From: Eledone cirrhosa
Taxonomy: Eukaryota
Assembly (NCBI GenBank): GCA_964016885.1
Contig: OZ024740.1
Location: forward strand, 141,050,001 to 141,114,000
Length of the DNA stretch: 64,000 nt
Direction of reading: 5' to 3'
Shown: one piece after another, positions 46,099 through 60,354 of the stretch
Layout of the letters: the number at the start of each line of letters is the position of its first letter
Position numbering within the stretch: the first letter of the stretch is position 1
Notes under the pieces: model-generated
Database searches by the model: none
What the model was told of the DNA's origin: nothing
The model's input: only the letters and a program-made list of their open reading frames with translations
Made by a program: the position numbers and the translations under genes

Positions 46099-47101
46099 TG
46101 TTTAATAAAGCAATAACATAGCGGCTTTGTGTTATTGTGGTCGATATATTTTATTTCCTAGGTGATCAGGGTAAATCTCTTACCCAAGGATTAATCATCA
46201 TCATCATAATGAGTATTTACTCACTTACTTCCACACCCGAATTCTCTGGTCACGCTGTATCAGGCACACCCGTCTTCTTTCGTGTACATTCTACACCATA
46301 GTGACCACACAACTGAGCAATCCACAAGTGAGTACACACAACAACCGAATCAACACTAACACATCTTCATCTCAACCCAGCATCCAACACGCTACAAAAG
46401 GACCCGCTATATATATATATATATATATATCCATACACACATATACATAGACACATAGACGAAGCTGTTGCCGCAATATAGCAGGTGCTAATCGAATTGT
46501 TTGAGGAATCACAAAGCACTCAAGAGCGTGAGAAGTTAATACATTATCGTCCAGAATAAACACCAAGACGACCAAAAGCAGTTGCGAATTTCACCACTGG
46601 TCTTTAGCAACCAAGGGTCTTTAGCAACCAAGAGTACCCTAACGACTGTTTCTGTTTCGTTTCGTTAATCGTCTTCTGAGTTTAACTCAGCTTGGATGCT
46701 AAGACGTAAATAAGCTAAAAGCATTTACAACTGATGAAGCCATTTGCATACAGAATAAAAGCTGATGGGCTCTAAATAATTGTTTCTACTTTTGGCACAA
46801 GGCCAGCAATTACCCAGTACATTACTGGTACTTTATTTTATCGACCCCGTAAGGATGAAAGGCAAAGTTAACCTCGGCGGGATTTGAACTCAGACCGCAA
46901 AGGGACGTAACTATGCTGGAAAGCATGGCGTCCGACTCTCTACCGATACTGCCAATCCACCGCCCTTGATGGGCTTTAAATAATGAGAGATAGATACGTA
47001 ACTGGGGTTGTATATTGACTAATATACGAAATGTTCGTTTAAATAAACATTTTTTGTATATATTTATGTATATATATATATACATATATATATATACATA
47101 C

Positions 47102-47135
<34 letters not shown>

Positions 47136-47347
47136 GGGGGGAGAAAGAGTGAGGGGGAGAAAGAGAGAGAGAGAGGAGAAAGAGAGAAGGGGAGAAAGAG
47201 AGAGAGAGAGAGAGAGAGAGTGTTAGTTCCACAATAATTAACAAACCATACTTGAGAAAACGTGTTTCATCTAAAAGGATTATTCAACTTGTGTATGGTT
47301 ATAGCAAGAACAGAAGTATTTATGAGCTGGATGATTCTGTGCAGATG

Positions 47348-48010
47348 TCATCATCATCATCATCATCATCATCATCGTTTAACGTCCATCTTCCACGCTA
47401 GCATGGGTCTGGACAGGAATTGTCCCACTTGAGGCAAGATTGGTTGTCTTGCTCGGGACTGTCTGGCGGGTTTTCTCGGGACTGTCTGGCGGGTTTTCTA
47501 TGCCTTTCCTAACACCAACCACGTTTACAGTGTGGACTGGGAGGTTTTTACCGTGTTACCTACACGGCCACATTACAGCGTGGACTGTGTGTTTTTTTTG
47601 TCGTGACACGTACACGACCTCATTTATTTAGGACTGGATGTTGTGGTACCAACATAGCTTTACATCGAAAATGGTGGTGTAGATGGCAGTGGGGGTAGGG
47701 GTAGTGGGATGGGGGTGTATTTTGGTTAAGAGGTGCCTACTGACTGTAGGTTTCGCTTTGTACTTAGGCAAGGCGGGTCTTCTGTATTACTGTGTAGCGC
47801 CAAAGATCTCGGTCCAGTGACATTGTCTTGGAGAGGTGTAAGTGTGTGAGGTTGGAATTTATCAAGTCATCCCAGGTTTTTCTGGATCTGCCTACTCCGT
47901 AGCTACCATCTATTTTGATCGCCCTGCACTTTTTATACAGCTGTCGTCTTTCATGCGCATTACGTGACCATACCAATGTAGTCTTCTCTCGAGTATTGAT
48001 TCCGTGACAA
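47348..48010 (-). mobile_element. RTE-X-like LINE 3' fragment with SINE-like 3' module and (GAT)n tail
   Basis: GRSRKTWDDLINSNL...DRDLWR; same layout as 50340-50910. Confidence 0.8.
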
Positions 48011-48299
48011 AGGAGGTAATCTGAATAGGGCTCTCTTAGGAGAGACAACTTTTGAAGAATGATCATTTGGGATAGTTCAGCCTAGGTTAATTGTCTGCTT
48101 ATCTCGAGTCCTTCCAGTTATACAATAAAAAGTTTGCAGCATGGGAGGCAGTGATTAAGAAAAATCAGCCTCATGTTAAGGCAAGCACTGTTACATAATC
48201 TTTGCAAGATATTTATTCTTTCATTGATGCACAACTTGCAAGACTTAGTCAAGTTTTTAAAGAGGCCTGGAAATATTATAAGAGGCTGATGAATGTAGA

Positions 48300-49775
48300 G
48301 AATGAATGGTAGGAAGAGAAACTACCCCTAATTTACCCAACAGAATAACCAACTATTGAAGCTGACAGTTATTGGATCAAAGAAACAATCAAAGGAAGGA
48401 AAAATGGTAAAGCTGAGGGACCATCAAAGATAGTTGCCAAGATGCTAAAAGCATTAGAAGTGGGAGACGAACTAGTAACCAGCATTGTCAATTAGGTAAT
48501 AGAGGACAGAGTCATACCCAATGACTGGTGCAGCAGTACAATCATAAATTGCTACAAGGGCAAAAGTAATGCTCTAGAAATGAGCAACTATAGAGGAATA
48601 AAACTAATTGACCAAGTTATGAAAGTGACAGAAAGAGTTATCACACAGCTAATAATGGAAAAAGTCAAATTAGACAAAATGCAGTTCGGTTTTATGCCCG
48701 GGAAAAGTACTACAGATGCTTTCTTCTTAGTGAGACATCTTAAGAGGAGTTCCTAATCGAGAATGAACCATTATATTTATCTTTTGTTGATCTAGAAAAG
48801 GCCTTTGACAGAGTACCATGATCTGTTATCTGGTGGTCCGTAAGGAAATTAGGTGTGAAAGAATGGCTTGTGAGAGCAGTGCAAGCCATGTACAGAGGAG
48901 CTGTCAGTAAAGTAAGAGTAGGAAGTGAATTTAGTGAGGAAGTCATGGTACATCACGGTTCAGTTCATCATAGTTCTCCAGACCATAACAGAGGAGTTTA
49001 AAACTGACTGTCCATGGGAACTTCTCTATGCTGATAATCTGGTCCTTATAGCTAAATCCATAAAAGAACTAGAAAATAAGTTCTGTCTATGGAAACAGAA
49101 TTTGGAATCAAAAGGGGCTGAAAGTAAACTTAGCCAAAACTAATAAATGTGGTTGATAGCTTCTGGTATCTAGGTGACCTAACTAGCAGCAGAGGAGGGT
49201 GCTCTGAGAGCATAGTAGCTAGAATAAGGATAGGATGGAAAAAGTTTAAAAGCTACACCCAATGTTGACTACAAAAGGTTTCTCACTAAGTACAAAAAGA
49301 TGACTGTATAACACCTGTGTGCGAAGTGTGATGCTGCATGGTAGTGAAACATGGGCAGTGACTACGGAAGACAGGCATAGGCTGGAGAGAAATGAAGCAA
49401 TCATGCTCTATTTGAAGTGCAATGTAAATGTGAGAGAAAAGCAGAGCTTGGATGAACTGAGGAAGAAACTGCATTTAAGAGGAATCTGGAGTGATGGGCA
49501 AGAGAGAAGACTGCATTAGTACGGACATGTGATGTGCATGGATGATGTTCACTGGATGAAGAAATGCTAGGAAATCCTAGTGGAAGGAAGTCGCAGTATA
49601 GGTAAACCAAGAAGACCTGAATGAAGGTGGTGAGAGCTGATCACAAATAGCTGAGACTCACAGAAGAGATGACAAAGGAACGGGGGAGTGGAAAGATGCT
49701 GTGCTGAAAAAGGACCCATCCAATCCATACAAGCATGGAAAAACAAATGTAAAAACACTGGTGATGATGATGATG
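48300..49775 (+). pseudogene. Degenerate RTE/RTE-X LINE RT region and 3' end
   Basis: NYRGIKL, QFGFMPGKSTTDA, FVDLEKAFDRV, PWELLYADNLVL, HGSETW; many stops; (GAT)n tail. Confidence 0.88.
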
Positions 49776-49789
49776 TTGGTGATATATAT

Positions 49790-50910
49790 TGAAAAAGTGT
49801 TCTGCATGGCTAAGATCATACAAAGAATCAAGAACTGTGGGTGAAGACAATGGATATATAGACAATGGGTACACAAGAGATGTAGCGGGATCTCAGGAAG
49901 CTTAACTAAGAATGTAGGCTTCACATGTAGCAGCTGTGCTGGGACAGCAAGCAGCAAACAGCCACAGGAAACAAGTACCACCAAACTCTGGGAGGGCTCT
50001 GTAGAAACAGTAGACAGCTTCTGCTACCTAGGTGACCGAATTAGCAGCGGAGGTGGGTGTTCGGAAAGTACAATAACTAGGGTAAGAACAGGATGGAAAA
50101 GGTTCAGGGAGCTACTGCCACTGCTAGCTGCAAAAGGCTTTTCCCTTAAAATGAAAGGCAGACTGTATGATGCGTGTATCCGAACAGCAATATTACATGG
50201 TAGTGAGACCTGGGCGCTGAAGGTGGAAGACTTGTGTAGATTAGAAAGAAACGAAGCCTGCATGCTCCGATGGATGTGTAATAGTAATATAAGTGAACGG
50301 CAAAGCATAAATGAATTGAGAGAGAGAGTGAGCATAAGAGGAATCAAATGCTGTGTGCAGGAGAGGCGGTTGCGTTGGTATGGACACGTGATGCATATGA
50401 AGGATGACAGCTGCATAAAAAGGTGCAGAGCAGTAGAAGTCGATGGAAACCGCGGAGTGGGGAGGCCCAAGAAGACCTGGGATGAGGTGATAAAAGCCGA
50501 CCTTACCCAATTACACCTCTCAAAGGCGATGACACACGACCGTGACCTCTGGCGTCACGCAGTAATACAGAATACTCGACGCCTCACGGGTACAAGCCAA
50601 AGCTGAAGCATATAGACAATATGCCTCCACACCCTCCCACTGCAAAGTGGTTGTGGAGGTGCCACGGCAAAAAAGCACCCAGCCCACACTGTAAAGTGGA
50701 CGTGTAGGCGCCACGGAAAAAGCACCCAGCACTCACTGTAAATGAGGTTGGTGTTAGGAAGGGCATCCAGCTGTAGAAATAAAGCCAGAATCAGTTCCCA
50801 TATGAGCAAGACAAGGTCAGCCGACCGGACACTGCCCACAACAGGACAACTCGTCTAACCTGTGCTAGCGTGGAAGAACGGACGTAAAACGGTGATGATG
50901 ATGATGATGA
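49790..50910 (+). mobile_element. RTE-X-like LINE 3' fragment
   Basis: WVHKRCSGISGSL...FTCSSC finger, FCYLGD, ORF 50151-50606 (RRLRWYGHV, GRPKKTW); 3' UTR ends in (GAT)n. Confidence 0.88.
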
Positions 50911-50924
50911 TATATATATAAATA

Positions 50925-51715
50925 AGTCCCAATATGTGACTTGTCTCATAACAGGACCACCCAGTAACATGGCTTCACTCTATGAGCAAGGCATGGTACG
51001 GCCAACTAACCAGACTTCCCTCATAATGATACCACCCAGCTCCCAATTTATGGTTCTGCTGTAAGCAGGGTATGGCATGGCAAACTGGCCAGACCCTTCA
51101 TAACTGTGCCACCCAGTTCCACACTAAACATGGTTGATCAGTCTCACTATGAGCAAAGCATGATGCGGCCAGCTGGTCAGCCTCTCCCCATAACAGTGTC
51201 ACTGTAAATATGGTTGATATTAGGAAGGGCATCCAGCAGCCATAAAACCCCAGCCAATACAGTCCTGATTAGTGCAAGATATGGTGCGGTCATTTGGCCT
51301 GACTTGTTTCATAACAGGACCACTTAGTTCCATACTGTAAATATAGTTGGTGTTAGGAAGAGCACCCAGCTGTAAAGACCCCAGCCAAAATACAGTCCCG
51401 TTTTTAGCAAGGTATGTTGCGACCAATTGGCCAAACTTGTCTCACAATGGTGCCACCCAGTTCCATACACTATGGAAAAGGCATAGAATGGTCAACTGGC
51501 CAGACCTCTCTCATAAAAAGGGACCACCCCGTTCCACAGTGTAAACATGGTTGGTGTTAAGAAAAGCATCCAGCTGTAAAAACTCCCAGTAAAATACAGT
51601 CCCATCTAAGCATGGTAGAGCACAGTCAGCTGGCCAGACTTATCTCATAATGAGGACGACTCATCTAACCCATGCAAGCATGGTAAAATAGAGGTTAAAT
51701 GGTGATGATGATGAT
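50925..51715 (+). repeat. Degenerate tandem array of a SINE/RTE module
   Basis: Recurrent CTGGCCAGAC..CTCATAA..ACCACCCAG and GTTAGGAAGGGCATCCAGC. Confidence 0.7.
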
Positions 51716-52916
51716 AATATATATATATATTGCGCAGGTTTGTGATTGTGACTCAGTGTGCAGTAAAATATACATACATATATAGATTTTAATACTGCTG
51801 GTCATTGATCAATGGAAAGAAAAAGAGAGAGAGGGTGAAAGAGATAGGGAGAAAGAGAGAAAGTTGCTGGGTACAAGTAAGCACATGTTCAATTGATTTT
51901 CAATAATATTGCGAATCTCTTGCTGATTTCCCAAAACTAAGTAAAACTCCCGCAATTTCCTCCTCTTCCTCTCACCACTTTCATTTCTACCCCTTCCTTT
52001 TATACTTTACTTTTTCTCCCCCCTCCCTTTGATATCCATTTTCAGTTTTTGTTCCTCTTCCCATCTTTTGACATAAACACCCACTTCACCCATCTATCAG
52101 ATTATTTATAAAAGCCAGTCAGAATACTTAAATATCTATCCCTCCACCCAACTATCCAACCTGCCCACCCATCAAATAATCCTGTTGGCCAGCATATCTA
52201 ACTATCCATCCACAGTCGATCTACAGTCCATCGATTCATCCAACTACCCATCCAACCCACAAGCTACTTATCCAGCCAGCTATCTATGTACACACTCATC
52301 CAACAATTCATCCATTCAAGCACCGTATCCTTCCATCTACCCACTCATCCATCCACCCATTTATCCTCTCCTCCAAACAACTATCCATAGTATATCTGTT
52401 GTTATGTCATTATTGGTGTTACCATTCAGATTAGGGTGGGGAACTGACTGAGCTGTAGCCAAAAGTTTCCCAATATTTAAAAGACCCCAAATTTATTTTC
52501 ATTATTTTATTTTTAGGGCGGTGAATTGGCAGTATCGGTAGAGGGTCGGACGCCATGCTTTGCAGCATAGTTAGGTCCCTTTACGGTCTGAGTTCAAATC
52601 CCGTCTAGGTTAACTTTGCCTTTCATCCTTACGGGGTCGATAAAATAAAATACCAGTAATGTACTGGGATAATTGCTGGCCTTGTGCTAAAAGTAGAAAC
52701 AATTATTTTATTTTTATTAAGGGCGGTGGATTGGCAGTATCGGTAGAGAGTCGGACACCATGCTTTGATGCATAGAGTTACGGCCCTTTTCTGAGTTCAA
52801 ATCCTGCCGAGGTTAACTTTGCCTTTCATCCTTACGGGGGTTGATAAAATAAAGTACCAGTAATGTACTGGATAATTGCTGGCCTTGTGCCAAAATTAGA
52901 AACAATTATTTTATTT

Positions 52917-52947
<31 letters not shown>

Positions 52948-54813
52948 GCTACCATAAATAAAATACAAGGGCTCTGATGAAATTTTCAGACAGGAACCCA
53001 TACAAAAGTAATCTTCCCCTACCATTTGACTGTTACAGATTGTATGTATATTTATTTAAAGGTTATTCAGGCAAGCTTTGATATAAACCAGTGGTATTCT
53101 TACTTCCAAGTTTCCAATTTGATGAAAATTTGAACTCAGAGTGTAGAAAAACAGAACCCTATCAATTTGCCATCTTAAACAGAGAATGGGAAAGAGAAAT
53201 AAAGGGAAGACTAGTAGCCATCACATTTTTCAATAGCTTAATGAAATTTATTTCATTAAGGCATTGAAAAGAGTAGAAGATATTTTAAAATATGTTAATT
53301 TAAATGTTTATAGTATTTTTACTAGTGTGGTTGGTGTAAAAATTTAGAGGAAGCTAAATTGAAGACTTTAATTTTTAACGTGATGCAGTTATAGTATTCC
53401 TTTTTTTAACTTTTTATGAATGCCTTTCTGATGTGGTTTTATGTGGTACAGGACCTAAAGAATTAAAGAAATGATTATGTTAAAAATTTCAATTATATTT
53501 TGTAGCCCTTGTTCTTGTTTCATTATGTTAAATATTTCAGTTATGGCTTTGATTTCATTTCATATTTATGCATAACATTTGAACACATATCTTGATAAAC
53601 AGAATAATAATTGTTTCTACTTTTGCATTACTGGTACTTTATTTTATCACCCCAGTTAGGATGAAAGGCAAAGTTAACCTCGACAGGATTTGAACTCAGA
53701 ATGCAAAGGGCCATAATTCTATGCTGCAAAGCACTATGTCTGATGCTCTATCGATTCTGCCAATCCAGAATAACAATATAGATTACTTAATGACAATTCT
53801 TGTAATAGATATTTCTCCACTTACAGCAGAGTGCAAAACTTCTTGAACATATTTCAATTGGTATTTGAGAATGTTAATGATCTCCTTTTTAGACTGATTA
53901 CTTCACACAGGAAGCCAGCCTGTTGAGGAAGGGATAGCGTCATGAATTTTCCGATGACAGGGGGTAAGATTTAACAGAACTCAAAGAGCTGAAACAGATA
54001 CTGCACAGCATCCTGACCATCTCTAACAATTCTGGAAATCCACCACTCTTGGATTGGTACTTCATTTATCAGCCCTGAAAAGATGACAGGCAAAGTTGAC
54101 ATTAGTGGAATTTGATCTGAGTGCACAGAGCTAGAACAAATACCAAGGTATTTAATCTGACACTATTACGACTCTGCCAATTTGTCACTTATTAGTAACA
54201 TCAACAATTATAAATACCTCCTTTTTTAATGTAGTATTTGTCTAGAAAAAAATGATTGCATTCACGGCTGCCATTTAGTAACCATGGATCAGCATAGCAA
54301 CAGGAAATAATTAGTTAGTGTTGTTAATTAATTATTCATTTAGTTAATTCTACAGATTATTTGCACTTTTAGGATTGGGGGACTCTTAAATATTGAAACA
54401 TCAAAAAATTCCTTTTTTTTATTTTTAAGATTTAGTCAGAGGAGGCAGGGGGCTACTTATGTCATTTTTTACCAAGACTGGTAGAAGGAAAGGATGAAGT
54501 TAATTGTAGATATAATAAAAGCATCAAGAACAAAATGATGATATCAAGCCAGGTGATGAATTTAGTCTACTCCACCATCCAAGAACTATGACAGTGTATC
54601 TGATGAGCTTTCAACAAATCATTTGTTGACATGTTTATTTTCATGCTGACGTGGGTTGGACAGGTCATCACAGACCAAGTCAATACTTTATTGGAGCTAC
54701 TGTCGTTCAAGATGCCTTTCCTATCACCTACCACTTTACAGCCTGTAGTGTGTGCATTTTATTGCAGTACCAATAGTAGAGGTTGTCATGTCTTTAACAT
54801 AAATATAGGTTCT

Positions 54814-55131
54814 CTCAACCCCTTGTTTAGCATGGTTTCTATGGTTGGATACCTTTCTTAACACAAGGCTTTACAGAGTGTTCTATTGTGACACCTCAAC
54901 CCTTTGTTTAGCATGGTTTCTATGGTTGGATACCTTTCTTAACACAAGGCTTTACAGAGTGTTCTATTGTGACACCTCAACCCTTTGTTTAGCTTGGTTT
55001 CTATGGCTGGACACCTTTCCTAACACTAGGCTTTACATAGTGTTCTATTGTGACACCACAACCCTTTGTTTAGTGTGGTTTCTATGGCTGGATACCTTTC
55101 CTAACACATCATTTTACAGAGTGTTCTATTA
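54814..55131. repeat. 81-bp minisatellite, about 4 units
   Basis: Units start at 54814, 54895, 54976 and 55057. Confidence 0.92.
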
Positions 55132-57337
55132 TGGCATCAGCTACCTACTCTATTTCAATTATAAAGCTTTGGTTGACCTGAAGCAACAAAAAAAAAAAAC
55201 AACAACACTTTCTCAAGATGCTGTACAATGCAATTGAAACTGAAACTGCATGATTTTTAAGTGAACTCTAACCATTACACCATGCGTGAGTCTTTTTCTG
55301 GCCAAATTTAAAAACATACTTTCCAGAATACCCACTCCTTCCAAAAATCAGAGAAAATATCTCTTATTACAATTACTAGTCATTAGGGTGCTAGGCTCAC
55401 TCACAATTGTAAGGTCATGAGTTTAGTTCCTGACCTAGTGGCACGTTATCTCCTTGTGTAGATACTTTATTTCATGTTGCTCCAGTTCACTCAGCTGGTA
55501 AAAATGAGTTATGACATCACTAGTGCCAAGCTGTATCGGCCTTTGCTTTTCCATTGTGTGGGCGACTGTAGGTTTTCCACAAAATACCCTACCCTTGGAG
55601 AGGAAAACCCATTCTCTGTCAGTCAGTTGTAGATGCAAAACTAATGGTTAGCTTTGGAGGGCTCTTTCCTTTTTTCCATGGCTGACTATTTCTGATTAAT
55701 TTAGAAAATTTGCTCCTGGAAAAAATATTGCTTCAAAAACAAGGGAATTTCCTCTAATTACAATGTAAGCAAGTGGGACATGCATTTGCACCAACCTTAA
55801 GTTTGTGTTAATGGTGGTGTGTTGGATGTAGGAATATGCTCACAACATCAATTCTTAATGGTAAGAATCTCATTGATTCCATCGACTATACTATACTGTC
55901 TGATTCTTATTTTATTGAGCAGAAGAGAAGTGGTAGCAGGCAAAATCAATGTGATATGAGAACACATGAATGAGACTAAAGCAGCCATTCTTAATCTGGA
56001 TATATTCCAGGGGTCTGTGAACTTGGATAAGCAGAGGTGGGGAAATTACAAATATATTTACGCTAACCTCTAATTGAAATTTAGTTTTTCATTCAATAAA
56101 CATTGATGTTGTAGTAATATTTAGCTTCCAGAATTATCAGTTAACATCAATAAATGTTCCTATCTAAAATATTTAGATGACCTTTTTCTTTTTTGAGGTA
56201 TCCTTTTTACCATATTCATTTGCAGTATCTATTGTTATATTTGGGGTCATATTGTCCTAATATTACCAGAAACATATGTTTCACATCAAAAACCTTGCAA
56301 AACAAATACATAGCCATTGCAGTATTTAGTTGCAATCCTTTATATTCTGCTTTGACTTCTGGGTTACAGGCCCAGTCTACTTCTACTGTGCTACTCTTTC
56401 TGGCCGGAGCTGTAATTTGTTGATAGTATCAGCAATGGAAACATAGTCTCCTTGGACAAATATGACAATCATTTTTTTTTTCCTTCTTTTATATTCTGAT
56501 TTCAAATCCTGCTGAGCTCAATTTTGTCTTTCATACTTCTGTGGGTTGATGAAATATAGTAGCACTGGGGGTTGGGATATAATCGATTGTATCCATCCAG
56601 GTATAGTAATATATAGATCATTACTTCAAAGATTTGAAGTAATAATGTTGTAAGCTGAACTCAATAAGGCATTTTGATATACTACAATAGCAAAACATGT
56701 TGTTTGATGCTCCAAGGAATCCACTAAATCTGCCATAATTTTGCTTTTCTCAAATTTGAGAATATTCAAAAAAGAGGAGAGAGAGAGTAAAAAATGTGTG
56801 CTGGTGGTGGTGTTGCTGTTGGTAGTAGTGATATTGAAGGTAGTGGTGGTGATGGTGCTAGTGTTGGTGGTAGTGGTGATTGTATTGTTATTGGCAGTGG
56901 TGGTAACAGGGTTTGTTGCAGTTACTGTTGCTGGTGATGGTAGTGATGGCAATAGTAAGAATAGTAGTCGTTGTAATGATTGGGGATGATGGTTGTTGGT
57001 GGTAGTGGTGGAAAGAAAACATAATTTACATTAAATTGATGTAATTGGCGTATTTACACGCAAATTTACTTGAGAAGATTTTAATAGAAATTGAATAGGA
57101 GGGGGGATTTTGTTTTCCTTTTAATTTTGCTTGTTATTATTACTGAGTAGAAGGGTAAATGAAGGGAGGGGGTGAAAGAAATGAGGAAAGAATGTAGTGG
57201 AAAGCAAAGGAGGAAAGTGCCGTTGAAGTATCTAATGTTGGTGGTGAGGAAGAGGTATTCATTTTTTATTTTTGTTTTTGTTTGTTTGGTGAATGACAAA
57301 TAGAAAAATCCATGATAAAAAAATTGGAAGAAATACT

Positions 57338-57375
<38 letters not shown>

Positions 57376-58079
57376 GGGTGGGTGGGGAAACAGATTTGAT
57401 GAGAAAGAGTGAGAGAGGAGGGGTGAGAGGGATAAAAAGAGAGACAGGAATATAGAGAAAGAGAGAGAAGATGAGAGAAGGGGGTAATAGATTTGAAGAG
57501 AAAGAGAGCTGATGGGATGAGATAAAGAAGGGGTGAAAAAGAAGGAAGGGATAGGTTTGAAGGGAATGAGAGCTGTGGGGGAGGATATAGAGAAAGAGAG
57601 TGTGAGAGTCAGAGAAAGAAGGGGAGAGAATGAGAGTAAAGAGTGCATAGATTTGAAGAGAGAAAAGATGAGAGAAGGTTAGAGTTGAAGAGAAAGAGGG
57701 ACATGGAGGAAGAGAAAGAGAAAGGGAAGATAGAGTTGAAGAGGAACAGAGTTAGGAAGGAGGGGAAAGAGAGAATTGTTTGAAAGAGAAAATGTGTTGA
57801 GTAAAGTAATAAAAATGTGCTTGAGTTTGTGTGTAAATTAACAGGTATATATATATGTCCAAGTATGTGTATCTGTGTGTTTGTGTGTGTGTGAGTGCAT
57901 ATGTGTGTGTGTGTCTATTTGGGAGGTAGGAGTTTTATTTCTGAATTCGGAAATACTGTCATTCTGGAATATAAGAATACTGTCCTTGTATTTCATTTGG
58001 TTTTGAAAAAATTCTTGTGTAAATAATTTTCTTCTTTGTTTATATATTCCTGAGAAGGTTGTTGGGGCAGAGACTTCAG

Positions 58080-58960
58080 ACACCCCTTCTAGAGGGTCTT
58101 ATCAGAAAAATCATTTTGCACATGCTCTACCTCTGGATTTCCTGCCAGTTGGTTTTCCCTGTAAAATCTGTCCAGCAATTCCTTCCTTTGACATTCTAAC
58201 CACATGTCCATAGCACTGGAGCTGTAATCTCTTGATTCACAAAAGTACTAGCTCTACCTTAAGTAACTCCTTGATCTCCAAGCTATGCATCCTATTGAGT
58301 AATGTTACTTCGAAGACCCTTCAGAGGAATGCCATTTTGACTCCAGGATTCTTGAACTTCCCATTCTGCTTCAGTATAACTTCACTAACATGCAAAGTCC
58401 ATTGTGCAGGCTTTCTTGAAAGGACAAATATCTCAGTCTTTGCAGCATTGATTTTCATTCTTGCCAGCCAGCACTCAGCAGTAAACCTATCCAGTGCATG
58501 TTAATGATCACATTCATGAAAATTATAAACAGGAAAGTGTCAATACACACCCTTGACAAAGTCAGACACTCACACTGAATGGTTATGATTTAGTACCATT
58601 TATCTGCTAGGACATTAGTATCGGGACTTTAAGGCAGTAAGTAGCTGTCTGTTCATCCCATACTCCTGTAAAACCTTCCACAATAAATCCCGTAGAACTT
58701 AATCATGTTCCTTTTCGAGGTCCACAAAACAAACATGCATATCTTGGCAATGTTCAGATGATATCTCAAACACCTACCCCAAAGTGAATATTTGGTAGGT
58801 TGTGCTATGTCTGGAGTGAAAACTACACTGTTTGTCAACTAGCTTAGATTCAATAATATCCCTATATCTTTTTGCCAGACACTTAGTATAGACCTTACAG
58901 GGAAGGCTTAAGAAGGAGGTTCTTCTATTATTAGAGTAATCTCTCTTGTCACAGTAATGA
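58080..58960 (-). pseudogene. Highly degenerate RTE-type RT fragment
   Basis: DYSNNRRTSFLSLPCKVY...DKQCSFHSRHSTTYQIFTL resembles the RTE NYRGISLLS...QCGFR..STTDQIFTL pattern. Confidence 0.75.
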
Positions 58961-60354
58961 TGATTAGTTGCAATATCAGTGGGTTCTGGCTGGATGAATA
59001 AGCAACTCTGGGCCAAACAGCAGTAAGTTACTAAGGGAGATGGAGTAATGGGTGACACTCTAGGAAAACTCCCACAACCAGTACTATACTCAGGAAAACT
59101 CTCACAACCCAGCAATATAGTTACGATAAGGTGAGTATAGGCCACCTAAAAAAAAAAGAAAAAGCCTAGTCTTCACAAGTCTGAGAAAATCACCAAATTA
59201 GTTAATGGTGCAATTAAGACTACCAAATACTGCAGTATAGTCATATTCAATAAAAACAATCGAACCATATTGTCCTTTTATTCAAAAAATATATTGCAGT
59301 CTCCATCTAATTGAAAAGACTGGTGTTGAGCCTGTGACCTGTCCAAGGATGCATGGGATAGAGGTACAAATTTTGTGTATCCCAAAACTCCAAAGAGAAT
59401 AAAGGGGGGAATAAATGTTAACAACTAGCAACTAGAATGTGAATAATTTTTTTAAATTTTATTTTAGAAGTCATCAATAATTCATAATACTTGTTTCTGG
59501 ATCAGCAAGATCATCTTACGGATTCCCATAATCCTTCCAACAACCTTCCATGAAATCTACATCATTCTCACCACCTTCACCATCATCATTATGTTAAACA
59601 TAGGGCGGTGGATTGGCAGTATCAGTAGAGGGTCAGATGCCAAGCTTTGCAGCATAGAGTTACGCTCCTTTATGGTCTGAGTTCAAATCTCTCTGAGGTT
59701 AAATTTGTCTATCATCTTTACAGGGTCGATAAATTAATGCACCAGTAATACATTGGAATAATTTCTGGCCTTGTGCCAAAAGTAGAAACAATTATTATGT
59801 TAAACATTTTCTGTAATTCAACATTAATGGTTTCTGATTTAGGCACAAGGCCAACAATTTTGGGGAAGGGGAAAATCGTTTAAATCGACCCCTGGTATTT
59901 TATTTTATTGACCCTGTTAGGATGTAAGGCAAAGCTAATCTCGGTGGGATTTCAATTCAGAATGTAACTATATGCCAAAAACATGTTGTCCAATGCTCTA
60001 TTGATACTGCCAATCCACATAATGGTTTCTAAAGGTGAAAGTAGGTGGATCAAGAAGTTAGGGACAATACAAAGAAGATCCCTAAACTAAAGAGAAGAGG
60101 ACACCAATGAAGGAATAACAGTAGATATATCAATAGCAATAATTGTAAACAATTGTAATGATAACAATACAAAACAATAGAGGTTAACTCAGAAAAGTTC
60201 CCCAATATGAAGAGGCCACACATAGGATAATCCACTCCAAACCCCGATTACTCTGCTGTTTTTTTTTGTTTTTTTTTTGTTTTTCAGTGTAGAAAAGCAT
60301 AGTCAGAATAGACCCATACAGCCTTGTCAATCTAGCTACTCTCACCCATCTTTC

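Noticed and set aside
46731-46775. CTGATGA followed by a possible stem
   Set aside because: No GAAA or stem III; same for the isolated CTGATGA near 52975 and 54600.
54814-55131. CRISPR-like periodic array
   Set aside because: Whole units repeat with no unique spacers, there are no cas genes, and the context is eukaryotic.
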